The notes below the pieces were generated by a model. That model was not told the origin of the DNA. It saw only the letters and a list, made by a program, of their open reading frames with translations, and made no database searches. Made by a program: the position numbers and the translations under genes. This document shows, piece after piece, positions 14,853 through 27,864 of a stretch of DNA of 64,000 nt. Source of the DNA: Eledone cirrhosa (taxonomy: Eukaryota); contig OZ024745.1 in assembly GCA_964016885.1 (NCBI GenBank), positions 113,522,001 through 113,586,000 of the forward strand. The letters are read 5' to 3'. Numbering within the stretch: position 1 is the first letter of the stretch; every line of letters begins with the position of its first letter.

Positions 14853-15119
14853 CACATCCAAATCTCTCTTATATATAGTCACACATCTCAACACAACCTG
14901 ATCTCAGTTTGACAATCGCCACAGACGAATGCGGGAAGGTTCTCCAACCCAAGTTAACCAGGAACCTTTAAACTTCTTCCCACCGAAGTTAACAAAGAAA
15001 TTACTAGATCTACCAACTAATAATATTATAATATTATAAAACTAAATCAATTTTTTTAACACTACAAGTGAAGTCATTCTTTTCCTTTTTTTCAGATATA
15101 TATATATATATGTATATAT

Positions 15120-15463
15120 ATAATATAAGATCAAATGAGGGTTAAAAGAATTCCAAGTATTTTATTTTGCGCATTTCAAAAACAAATATCAACATGGGAT
15201 GATATCTGCGGTTTCATCAGATAAAATAGGGATACATGATATGAAGGTTAAAAAACACTCGTGAATAGTCAAGTTTTAAATCAACATATCATATATGTTG
15301 ATTTAAAACTTGACTATTCACGAGTGTTTTTTAAGCTTCATATCATGTATCCCTATTTTATCTGATGAAAACGCAGATATCATCCCATGATGATTTTTTT
15401 TTTTTTAAATGCGCATAATAAAATACTTGGAACTCTTTTAATCATCTTTTGATCTTATATTAT
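15120..15463. repeat. Long inverted repeat (~170-bp arms), probably a Penelope-type fold-back
   Basis: Centre aaatcaacatat-cat-atatgttgattt near 15290; each arm contains a collapsed tctgatgaaa motif. Confidence 0.7.
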
Positions 15464-15555
15464 TTATACTCAAGTCCTACAAACTGTAGAGTGCTACTTA
15501 TCCGATATTTGCATTGCTTTATTGTGCTACAATAAAACTCACATCCTACACACAC

Positions 15556-15629
<74 letters not shown>

Positions 15630-15704
15630 CCAGACAGCCTCCAAAAGTAATGGTTGTATTTTAAAGGGTACGTCAAACCTATTTGTAAAACGGTTATATA
15701 TTGT

Positions 15705-15807
15705 ATTTTGTCTGATGAAGGCATACCATAATTTAATGTGGTATCCCTGAAATATGTATAATGAAATAAATATGGTTTTATAAATATAGTTTCCATTTAT
15801 TAATATC

Positions 15808-15808
<1 letters not shown>
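15705..15808 (+). mobile_element. Penelope-like 3' end with hammerhead motif
   Basis: CTGATGA(15712)-[atacca/tggtat stem]-GAAA(15749)-tatgtata..aataaa; homologous copy at 24184-24285. Confidence 0.5.
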
Positions 15809-15857
<49 letters not shown>

Positions 15858-16689
15858 GAATATATGTAAGGTTAAAATTTGTGTGAATTAATGTGCAAAC
15901 AAAATAACAAAGTATTTTGCTCTTTCTGAAGAAGTTCAATGGTTTACGTAATGCTACCGATAATGAGCATGATGATAATATGCAATCAGCGCGCGAAGAC
16001 TGGCGTTTGACTGAAACATGTTAAAGAACGGACTCTAATTGAATTTTTTCCTCATCTAACCTCTACTTCATGCCTAGTTGTTTGGTTTTCTAATACCTTT
16101 AAATTTATAATCGTCAGCATGTGTTAGCAATAATATAGATTAATTTAACCCCAAAATATAAACCTGATTAAAACTATTTGGATTACAATGTATATTATTA
16201 TGGACAAAACTTGTTGAAGTCGAGAAAAAATAAGAGGAATATATTCCAAACTAATATATAGAATATCAATGAAGAATTACAGCCCGATTTGTGCTTCTAA
16301 AATTACACAATCGAGTCTATAAACATAACAAAATGGTTATTTTGAACAATACTTGGTTTAATATACTCGTAAAGCTTCGATATATTTTTGTGCTGTTCAT
16401 TGTTAAAGTAAAATCTTTATGTGAATATAAATTATAGATATCAATCTGTAATTCGAAATAAAATATTATATAATGCTATTTATAAAATGCTCTTATTTGT
16501 AGTTGCCTGACATCAGTTCAGGTCATATAGTTGAATAATATATAATATAATTGTTTCTACTATTGGCACAAGGCCAGCAATTACCCAGTGCATTACCGGT
16601 ACTTTATTTTATCGACCCCGTAAGGATGAAAGGCAAAGTTATAATATATAATAATATATAATATAATAATAAGATTTTTCAGTTCCAAA

Positions 16690-17130
16690 TCTGATCTCCG
16701 ACATCTGGCAACTGACTTGGTAAACATCCACAAAATGATTAACCATCTTGCCATCAGCAAACCTGAGCACCTTTTTGAATTCCATATGTCTAACACACGT
16801 GGGTGTGCCTACAAAATCAGAAAACAGCACAGCTCCCATGACTTTCGGAAACATTTTTTTCACGTTCAGAGTTGCTGAAGCATGGAACAAACTACCTGCA
16901 CCAGTTGTTAGCTGCCAAGACACTGCATCCTTTAAAACTTCCATGCTTCCTGAAATTTGCCAACACTACACCTGATATTCCCTCCATTCATACGGACACG
17001 TGTATATCATGACTCATACACTGTTCACTTTCATGACATTTGTACATTATTCTATATACTATACATGCACTTTTGATGAGTTATAATGCACCTGAGTACT
17101 GTACACAATAATTTCATTATTATTATTATC
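16690..17130 (+). mobile_element. CR1-clade LINE 3' fragment
   Basis: LRHLATDLVNIHKMIN...TRGCAYKIRKQHSSHDFRKHF / FTFRVAEAWNKLPAPVV..SFK, then a 3' UTR and (ATT)n tail. Confidence 0.8.
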
Positions 17131-17138
17131 ATTACTAG

Positions 17139-17330
17139 GGCGGTGGATTGGCAGTATCAGTAGAGGGTGGGACGCCATGCTTTGACGCGAAGAGTTACGT
17201 CCCTTTACGATCTGAGTTCAAATCGCGCCGAGGTTAACTTTGCCTTTCATCCTTATGGGGTCGATAAAATAAAGTACCAGTAATGTACTGGTGAATTGCT
17301 GGCCTTGTGCCAAAAGTAGAAACAATTATT
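17139..17330 (+). mobile_element. tRNA-derived SINE inserted in the CR1 tail
   Basis: Full-length copy flanked by attattatcattacta on both sides. Confidence 0.85.
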
Positions 17331-18679
17331 ATCATTACTATTGGTATTTTCCATACATAATGCAGAAATGTGTATCCTTAACGTAATCATCATAGCAGAA
17401 TCAGCCTGGTACTTTATTACATGTCTTGTTATGTATATTCATCAGACATCTTTACAGTTTCCCTCTAAATAACTTCTCTCAGTAGGTTTTGGTTTTTCTC
17501 AATACTGTGATAGAAACAAAATTGTTTCAAGGATGTTAATATATTTAATGTAGTGTGCCAAAAAATGTTAATAATAATTAACATTTCTTGACTCATGACC
17601 TTAAGCAAATTAGTGCCCATTTTATTACTGGTTTTCACTTATCGTGTGAGAAAAGAATCTGAATGGTTAATTCTGATCAAGAAAGGTAGAAGAAACATCT
17701 ACGATCATTCATCTATGATCGAAAAAAAAAGGGTTACGTAGTAGGAACCCTAATCTTGTGATTGCAATGTGATCATATTAAGTAGAACGGTATAAACTCC
17801 ATTTCCATTATAAAGATATGTCGCTAGGGCAGTAAGAATGTTGGCTACCTTCAATTGTGCAAATATTCTTCCCACGATTCCCATTCATTCTTAAGCAAGA
17901 AAAATCGTTTTATTTGCGTCCATTTCTGTTTCAGAATTTGGCAACACGCCTATTTTTCTCTTCGTTTATTCGACTTCCTTGTCAGCATCAGTTTTCGACT
18001 GGTCATCTGCCTACAGTTTAACTATTTCATCAACGAAATGAACATCGTTGTATTGGTTCACATGTTCACCTTGTTGGTTTTGTCACGTATTTGTCAATCT
18101 TTTTTTTTTTTTTCCTTTTTAGCTTCCTGTTCGGTTAATTACTTGTTAGGTCATCTGTTTGCTAATTTGACTTTTTAACAATTTTCTCTTTGTTTCCCTC
18201 ATTGTTTGTTGAAGTTAAGCCAAACAATGGCGATGAAGCTAGCCCAAACAATAAAAGAGATAATAATCGGAACTAAACAGTCGGTGATATTATGTAGTGA
18301 AATAATATGATACGCTTTGTATCTATCTACCTTATCCTGTTGCCAGTTTCTAAAACATGGATATAACTATTTCTGTTTGTGTCCTTGTAACATTTTTTTT
18401 ATTGTTGCTTACATCCGTTTTACGATACATGCCCCTGTTCAAGCGTAGATGTTTATACACAAATAACAAGGAAAATGTTAATAAAAGATATGTAAAATAG
18501 AAAGAATAGTATTATTATTATTATTTATGTAAAAACAAACATGTAGCCACTATTTTAGAAAATATTATGAAATAAATAGTGAAAACTCATAAAAGTTTCA
18601 CTACTAACTACTAATTCATTAACTTGTTTGTGGTAACATGATAAAATCTTTAAATCTCACACAATCAATTATTAATTGC

Positions 18680-18940
18680 TTCAGTTCTTCACCGGATAGT
18701 CTTTATCTTCCTCAATGATTCTCTTTAATGTCTTGAGAGGTCTTCCGTGTTTGTGCTTTATATTAGTGGGCACCGATACTAAAGGTTTTGTAGCAGGTTC
18801 ATTGCATCTCAGGACCTGACCTACAAGCTGAAGACGCCTGACCCGGATGGTATGGTTAATGGGCGGGAGGTTGCCGTATAGAATTTTATTGGTCAAGACG
18901 TTTGATGTTTTTTTAATTCTTTTTAGCATTCTTGTGAAGT
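18680..18940 (-). mobile_element. RTE-like LINE C-terminal fragment
   Basis: LYGNLPPINHTIRVRRLQLVGQVLR...GRPLKTLKRIIEED. Confidence 0.7.
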
Positions 18941-19423
18941 ACATAACACAAAACACTAAAGAATATATTCATCTACTTTCGATGATAAATTGTAGTTGAG
19001 TTGCTTATCTCAATGTAATTTAGCAGAAAATGGTATTTCATAAAATTTCAATGTATAAGATCAATGCCCATTAATATACCTGCGATAACTCGACATATTT
19101 ATTTATCCAGTCATGCAATAAAGATATACATTTGTATTGTACTTCGTATTGCATTGTTATATATACAGCAGCCTACACCATTCCATATATACTGGATAAA
19201 AGTAGTACAAATTTGATATATTTTATAACATAGATAATAAATTATATTTGTTGTTAGATTCGTTTAACACTGAATACTTATAGTGTTATCTATTTTTTTC
19301 TTGCACATAAATACAAGCACCGCAGTTGTGCCACGTGGTTTACAGATTAAATATTCGACATTTACTGAGATGAAAAATTGTGACGCGGGTTCATTTAAAT
19401 TCTATTTATGGATTAACGTATTT

Positions 19424-19455
<32 letters not shown>

Positions 19456-19507
19456 TGTATGTATGTATGTATGTATGTATGTATGTATGTATGTATGTAT
19501 GTATGTG

Positions 19508-20130
19508 TCAGGTCACCAGTTGGTGCTACTGGTAACATGTATCCCAGTACAACCTGTCTCATGGTCGGGTCGTTGGTGACTAAACTGGCAACCCCACCAA
19601 GGTTTCTTGGTGAGGAGGGTGGCTTTGGACATCCTGCAGGACTAAAATCAAAACCTGTCAAAGGGCAAAGGGGCTCTTAAGAGTCAATAGCCATCCAAAA
19701 TCACCGGGAGAGATGACCCCTTAGCCTTTGTCAAGGCAGAATTCAAGGAGAAGGAAAACTCTGATATAACACCTGCAACCCTGATGGTATCCAATGATGT
19801 TGAATTGTTCTTCTTTTTGGTAAATATCATCTTGGTTAAGAGAGTGGGACTGGCTTTGTGCAGTGCCTTTGCTCACTATAAAAGCTTCACAGCACAGGCA
19901 TTGCTTTATATCTGGAGATCTCTCTGCACTTGTCGTCACATGGTACCATGGGCCCAGCACTGTGTGTCAATAATTGTCACAAGTGTAGTGTTTGTACCAG
20001 AGTCTTCAAGTCGCTGGCTGGACTAAAAAGTCACACTCGTTCAGCGCATCGGTAGGGGTTCTCCTACATGGATATAAAGTAGTGGCCGTATTTGAAAACG
20101 AGTTGGCAGCCACCATGTATGTATGTATGT
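19508..20130 (+). mobile_element. Dispersed ~450-600 bp non-coding repeat with (ATGT)n tail, probably a non-autonomous RTE-related retroposon
   Basis: Highly similar to 33890-34370 and 53003-53424; lies within (ATGT)n; agaaggaaaactctgatataa resembles RTE 5' UTRs. Confidence 0.7.
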
Positions 20131-20604
20131 AGTTACGTATGAACATATGTATATATTTATGCATGCATGTATGTCAAAAGACACACCATTGTTATGCCTT
20201 GATTCTATGTTTTATTGTTTGCATCATATGCATCATTTCTCTGGCCGGTTGTTCTAAGACATAGAACAATCTGCTCTAAATATTATGCTATACAACCCTT
20301 ATACCACCTTATAAATCACATTACCCAGGCGGTGGCTAAAGAGAAAGTTGAGGCCTTTGTTCATTCTTCTCACATATTTTATTTTTTTGTTTGTACCATT
20401 TATTTACTACTGCAATGCTATGCGCTCCTTCTTTGACTATATATATGTAAATATATATATTATTATTATTGTTATCATATAATTATTCGATCGACAAGAT
20501 CCCAGATCTCATTCGCTTAAAGAGTGGGATGGAACTCGTCAAATCGGACCAAGGAAATAATGTTTCAATTGGTTTTTCCATTGCTGATAGGGTTTACCGG
20601 TCGC

Positions 20605-20771
<167 letters not shown>

Positions 20772-20932
20772 CAAAATATTAATAAACGAAAAATATTTTC
20801 ATAATCAAAATGTATATTATATTATACATATTTCAAAGGTACAATGGTGTTTAAGTACGTTTTCACCAGACAAAATATAAGATTTGATATGCGACATACC
20901 GCTACGGTTTTGATTATTCAATTCCAGTAGTG

Positions 20933-21167
<235 letters not shown>

Positions 21168-21331
21168 ATATAACTGCTCTGTAGAACAACTGATGTTATT
21201 ACATTGAGCTATTTATCTTACTGGTAATAAGGTAGTAATAAATTATAACCTTCACTGCTTAGGGTTTAAAATATACATAACTATAAAAAGTTTTAGTATA
21301 TACATAACCATAAATAGTATCATTAATATTT

Positions 21332-21365
<34 letters not shown>

Positions 21366-21974
21366 TGCACTTATGTGTGTGTGTCAGGTCACTCTTGAGC
21401 ACAATTGGTCAAGTTGTTTGTGTGGTTGTTGTTTGAGTTCTAGTTAGTGGAAACCTAGAACCCGACTAAATATTTGGAGATAAACAGTTCAGCTTCCAGC
21501 TACGTAGTAGCTATACTTGCTGACTTAACTGTTACGATTGATGCTGCTTTTGCCATTGTTGTTGACGTCTTTGTTAGTGATGGTAGGGCTTCTACATTTT
21601 CTGAAGTTGTTGCTGTTGTTGTAGTATTAACAGCTATTTTCGGGATCTGGAGCCAGACCAACCGACCCCACATACATTTCACTCTATTCGTGCTAGCCCA
21701 GACTTCTGGTGATCGTGGCCCTAAGTACTCACAGTTTCTCGAAGTGTGAAATTCTAAGTACCTAGGAAGGTATACACCAGTTTTCCATGTATTTGACACA
21801 ATATAGTATGATTATCTTTATGATTACATATTGAAGGCTTTTTCTTTAGGGACTACATCCACACATTCCAGCAATAATATATATAAATACGAGTGTATAT
21901 ATATATATATATATATATATACACTCGTATTTATATATATTATTGCTGGAATGTGTGGATGTAGTCCCTAAATG

Positions 21975-22111
21975 CGTCCAGAATTAGCCGTCGAAACGGC
22001 TTGAGCTCAGCTGTCGGGGTCTTACTGGTTCCTATTACCCACTCTACTACCTCAAGTATTGAGTACTTTGGTGCGTTATGGTCCACCTGGTTCCTTACCA
22101 CATTTCCTTCG

Positions 22112-22112
<1 letters not shown>
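21975..22112 (+). mobile_element. Family B element, direct arm only
   Basis: Near-identical to 4907-5041. Confidence 0.7.
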
Positions 22113-22171
<59 letters not shown>

Positions 22172-23228
22172 GTGTGTATGTATGCATGTGTGTATGTGTG
22201 CGCGCGTGTGTGTGTGTGTGTGTGTAAATAAACAATGTAAGAAGCCGAATTACTTTCATCTTCAGCTACCCTATATATTTTTGTAAATAATTGAATACCA
22301 ATTTAATATATTGTGCTTCAGCAATTAAACTGCGTATTCAAATTCCAATTCAAATCCAAAATTGATGTATTATGTTCGGGAAAAAGCTATTTATTGAGAG
22401 AAACGAATAATGTATGAAGCATAACCACAGTGAAACCTATGAAAACATTATAATCTACTACCTTACTCTCAATTATATCCTACACTCTACTAGTACATGT
22501 CAAGAAAATGAAAGCCTATGCTTCAACTTACTCTGGTATTCTTTGTAGGTGTTTCAAAGAAGACAATAAATTTTAACTGTAACAAACAACATATGTATTA
22601 TGAGATCTCCTCAAAACACCGAATTAACTTCAAAGCTGCACTCTCTGTAGAGGAAAATAATGCAATTTGTGAAAACAAAACGTCACAGTACGGTAGGAAG
22701 TAGTCAATCAACCAGACACCACTATATAGTTCACACGACATAAAACCAGTTAAATATTTAAATCAGAGTAGGCTAATTTCCAATCAATACATTCATTTAT
22801 TTTTCCTTTGTTTTGTTTTGTACCTATTTTTCTCTCTCGCTAATTGAAATGGTAATCATTGAAAAGATTCCATTTAATTATATGAAAGGGAACTTAACTT
22901 TGCTGGCCTAGTGCCCTAGATTTGCTCACGCACAAGCAACTGTTTGTGCTGCTACATTCACAAGCCGACTGACATAAATGCACAGACATATATGCAATTA
23001 TATATATATATACTTATTTATCTGTGTCTATATATACACACACAGGCATACAGACAAGCACACACAAACATATATATCTATGAATATATATATATATAAA
23101 TTTATACATATATATATAGTAATAATAATAAATTTGAAGACTAAAATCCAAAGAGGGCTTGATAAGGATACATATTAAGGGTGAAAGCAGCGATTCTTTG
23201 CTTAAACTTTAATCTGTTATTTTAATAA

Positions 23229-23311
<83 letters not shown>

Positions 23312-23331
23312 TATATACATATATATATATA

Positions 23332-23368
<37 letters not shown>

Positions 23369-23369
23369 G

Positions 23370-23407
<38 letters not shown>

Positions 23408-24183
23408 TATTATATATCATATATATATATATATATATATACGGGTGTGTATGACTGTGTATAGAAGATTATATTAATAAAAGGAATTCCAACTTTGTCT
23501 GATTTACTCGATTTATTTAAAATCCTTTAAAATGTATAATGGTATTAGAATGAAATAGTATGGTAGAATTTTAAATGTTAAGTGTTAATTGAACAAGTAC
23601 TGTCATGCTTTCCAAATCTTCAGGGTCATATTCTGTGGTGACAGTCAAGTTTGCAATACATCCTTCGTAACTCATATTTGATATATAAACAACTAATAAT
23701 TGTAAATTATCTCTATCTCTATAATACTAATACATACGCAATTATTTTTTATCTATATAGATATTTATATACATATAACCTATCGTAATGTAATAAGATA
23801 AAAATACTTACAACCATAAAAATTCTTCAAATAATCTAATTGATTATATATACAATATTATAACTCATAATATAGGTAAATAAATTTACATTTAAACTCT
23901 GGAATCATATTCCACTTTTTCCCCCCAAATTAACTAAATGCTAGCTCTTCTTCCTTTTTCTTCTTGCCTACGCATACAATAACTTATCATAATTATTTCA
24001 ATTTTCCATAGCGTCTAAAATAACGTTTTTTTTCAGCCCTTTTACTTAAACCTCATTTGTATACTCATCTTAATGATTTGAAATATCTGACTTTTCTTCT
24101 CTCATCCCTTCACTATCCAAGGAAACCTTGAACTGTTAAGGTATATTCTCCTTGGTTATGTCAAAATTTATAAAACACACTTC

Positions 24184-24285
24184 GTATTTTATCTGATGAT
24201 AGCGTACCAAAATGTTGGTACCCTTGAAATATATATAATAGAATAAATATTGTTTTATAAATATAGTTTCCATTTTTTTAATATC
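24184..24285 (+). mobile_element. Penelope-like 3' end with hammerhead motif (same family as 15705)
   Basis: CTGATGA(24193)-[gtaccaa/ttggtac stem]-GAAA(24226)-tatatata; shared tail gttttataaatatagtttccatt. Confidence 0.5.
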
Positions 24286-27234
24286 ATTGTATATCTATAT
24301 ATATACATATATATATACGTATATAATATATATACTTGCGTTAAATATGCTGACTGAACGGGGTCGCGTATGCAAAGCATCAATCTGTAATTGCTATTCG
24401 TTTCAAGCACTCAACGTCATGTTTGTTTCTTCCAAATATGATTTGTCAGTCAGTGACTGAGAATATGTAGGATAGGGAAAATGAGAAGTCCGGTGTAGAT
24501 ATTAAAGAGTCCTTTATTAACAAAGCTATGATGTATATGTCAATGACGATCGTGACCACGTGATTGTTCAGTCAGCTAACTCGTCACGCGATATCATCAG
24601 ACAGCACCTTTATGTAATAAGGTTACGTTTCCGAGGCATTCTAAAGACAAGGGAACGGACAAATATGATGTTTTCATAGCCGAAGTCCAATATAGGATAG
24701 CACGCCTTGCCACATAGATTTATAGCCCTTTACGTTTGAGCTTAAATCCTGCCGATGTTATCTTTGCCTTTCATCCCTACGAGGTCGATATGATAAAGTA
24801 CTAGTAACCCTCTGGGGTTGTTTTAATCGCCTTTCTCCTTCCCCTCCAAATTGCTGACCTTGTGTCAAAAGTAGTAATAATTATTATACACTCCAAACTG
24901 TTCATATTGCATGCTATTCTTAAAGGTTTTCAACTAGACTTAAAGAATATCTATTGCAAACTATTTCGTCGGTTTTCATCGTCTGGGTAGTATTGAACTG
25001 TACAAATTATTCATTTGATTTATCAGGTTTAAATGTATATGATTCATCGTCAACAGAAGGGTGGTAAGCCATTTTAATGACAGGCAGTTATTTGTCAAAA
25101 AACGTGCTAAAAGAAGTTTTTCTTGTATTATTGATAAACACATTCTTTTGATAAAATAGTGCAGAAAAGAAAAAAAATTGAAACCCTTTTAAAATAATTA
25201 ATTTTGATGCTAGAAGTTCCTTTACATTTTTATGAACATTTTGGTCTTTCGAGAAATTGTAGGAAAATAAAATGAAATGTCACAAAATATTTTAGGGTAG
25301 TAGAATTATCTTTAAGCATGAAATATTCTCATCTATTGAAAATATTTTCATAAACTTCAACAAGTTGCTACTATAAATCTTGAACTAAAAATATACATAA
25401 TAAAATGTATCAAACAAATTGATCGATCAGCGTAAAGAAAAAGTTGTCACATAAGAGTAAGGCAATTTTTAATGTGTTGCGTCTATGGCTTGATCTTTGA
25501 ATTTACAACGTTTTATGAACGCGAAGATAGTTTGCAAGAACACTTTTGATTAGCTCAATAATTTTCTCTTTTATTTTAATCTCCCTAAAGATTTTTTTAT
25601 CCGACTAAATATACATTCTATACGTCTGTTAAAATTTAGCTATTGAATAATATAAGGTGTGATTAATATAAAAAATACTATTTATGTCTTCAACGCTAAT
25701 ATTATCGAAAAATAGATTCAACATATGTATTTTTTTTTTCTTTTTAGTAAATGTGAGGAACATAAAACATTTTTTTTTTCTTTTATTTGTCTGTTTGAAG
25801 GAATCGATTAATTTTGCGAAAGTAAAAGAGAAGTACACTACCCTGTCGGAAGAATTAATTGAAAGTATTAGTATGCTTAAGGTGGGGAGGAACCAAAGAG
25901 AAATGATGTATGACAAAAGATCTACATTTCTTCTTCTTCTTCTTCTTCTTCTTCTTCTTCTTCTTCTAGTTAGACAAAGCTAGAACGCTGAGACAAGTGG
26001 GGCAAGACCAAGCGAAGCCAAAGGACGTTCTAGTTAGACAAAACTAGAACGGCGAGGGGTACGGGGCAAGGCTCAGCGAACCCTTCTACATTCTTCTTCT
26101 TCTTCTTCTTCTCATCGGGTTTTGAATTTTTTTTTTGTAGGGTAATTTTGTGTTTTCTATTGTATTGGATGCACTGTATGTATTATGTGCAGTACTATTG
26201 CCTGTATCCTTATTTCTTTATTTGTCTTAGAAATGTATTTTCACTTGTATTATCGATCTTGAAACATATTCCTTCCTGGTGAACTTGACAGTAGTATCAG
26301 GTGGGCTAATCTTGATAATTCTGTCTGTTTGGATTCGTAAGTATCAGAATTCTGTCGCTTTGTGATTCTCAGTGGCCGTTTCTATAATAGTGAAGTTCCT
26401 CTGCATAATATATGTGCAATGCCTAACTGAACTGTGTTCAACCCAATGATTTCCCTTTCTTTGTATCCTCAATATTCCTACTTTTGGAGAGATTTTTCTT
26501 TAGCATGATATTCTATAGACTCTAATTCTAGTTATAAGTAGATTATTTTTTTCACAATTACGCTCGTTGCACATCCTTTCACCTTACAGCTGTCAGTTAA
26601 TTCAGTCTCTCTATTATATATGATGGCAGTCACAGAATTTTACTTGTTCGTTTTTAGCGTATTTTCTAGCTATTATACAATAATTTGTTTTGCTCTTTCT
26701 TTGCTAGGTATATTTATAGTCCTTCAGTGAATATTTTATAATAGTTTCTTCTTGTGGTTGTTGACGATAATTCTCTCCTGGTTATGTTGTTTTTAGTTTG
26801 TTGTTTTTTTTTCGACAATTTTAGGTTTCAGGTTCATCTTTATGTTCTTGAGAAGTAAGTAGCGCTGTTTTATGGAGAATTAAAATGTATTTGTATACGA
26901 TAGAAGCTTTACTTTCTTGTAGAAATGTGTAATTGTCTCTGGTTTTGTTTTAGGGTCTCGTCCTTTTAGTACAGTGTGTGTAAAATCGGATACGCTATAT
27001 CGTTGCAGGGTGATTCCTTTTGTTATGTGTCTGCTTTATGCTAAATGGGTTAGTGTTCAGTTATATTTTATCAAATACGTGATATGTGGGTTGTAATAAT
27101 TTATTAATAGTGAATATAGACATAGAATATTCGAAAATATTCTGTATGTTTATAATAAACATTTTGAAGACCTAATCGCTATAGAATAGAATACGTCACG
27201 TATTACAATTAGATTCTCGATAAAAGCAAGGGAA

Positions 27235-27277
27235 GTAATCTACGCGTTTCATTCTTGTTAGAATTCATCAGGACTAC
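27235..27277 (-). ncRNA. Type I hammerhead ribozyme core, inverted copy A
   Basis: The + strand reads gtaatctacgcgtttcattcttgttagaattcatcaggactac, the reverse complement of the core. One substitution in the distal stem (27288 G versus C at 27598). Confidence 0.88.
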
Positions 27278-27544
27278 ATATCCAGTGGTTTTATCGAGAA
27301 TGACACAGCTAGAGACTTATAGAATACTTAGCTGTGTACAGGAACTGGTTTGAAAGAGCGGTTGCCGGTCCGGCAGAAATTAGAAATTGGAATAAATGCT
27401 CTGAAATAGCGATATATATGTGAATATAGACATAGAATATTCGAAAATATTCTGTATGTTTATAATAAACATTTTGAAGACCTAATCGCTATAGAATAGA
27501 ATACGTCACGTATTACAATTAGATTCTCGATAAAAGCAAGGGAA

Positions 27545-27587
27545 GTAATCTACGCGTTTCATTCTTGTTAGAATTCATCAGGACTAC
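27545..27587 (-). ncRNA. Type I hammerhead ribozyme core, inverted copy B
   Basis: Reverse complement of the core, 310 bp from copy A. Confidence 0.88.
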
Positions 27588-27775
27588 ATATCCAGTGCTT
27601 TTATCGAGAATGACACAGCTAGAGACTTATAGAATACTTAGCTGTGTACAGGAACTGGTTTGAAAGAGCGGTTGCCGGTCCGGCAGACAATTTCTAATTT
27701 CTGCCGGACCGGCAACCGCTCTTTCAAACCAGTTCCTGTACACAGCTAAGTATTCTATAAGTCTCTAGCTGTGTC

Positions 27776-27864
27776 ATTCTCGATAAAAGCACTGGATATG
27801 TAGTCCTGATGAATTCTAACAAGAATGAAACGCGTAGATTACTTCCCTTGCTTTTATCGAGAAT
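27776..27864 (+). ncRNA. Type I hammerhead ribozyme with extended stem I, array + copy 1
   Basis: gtagtc-CTGATGA(27806-27812)-attct-aaca-agaat-GAAA(27827-27830)-cgc-GTA^gattac. Stem I gtagtc/gattac, stem II attct/agaat, minimal palindromic stem III ACGCGT. Distal stem attctcgataaaagca/tgcttttatcgagaat. Predicted cleavage after 27836. Confidence 0.9.

Noticed and set aside
19721-20026. Repeated 79-80 aa ORFs (MLGPWYHV.., MVSNDVEL..) as a small gene family
   Set aside because: They fall inside a dispersed repeat on both strands with no recognisable domain
21500-21799. 99-aa - strand ORF with a Thr-rich tail
   Set aside because: Tail derives from decayed trinucleotide repeat; no recognisable motif or convincing splice sites
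26340-26500. - strand peptide containing GNHWV, resembling a cysteine-protease motif
   Set aside because: Short, bounded by stops, and a single motif could be chance
27680-27720. Fold-back junction as a long-read chimera artefact
   Set aside because: Not excluded without reads, but the arms are unequal, the flanks differ and an 11-bp TSD brackets the array
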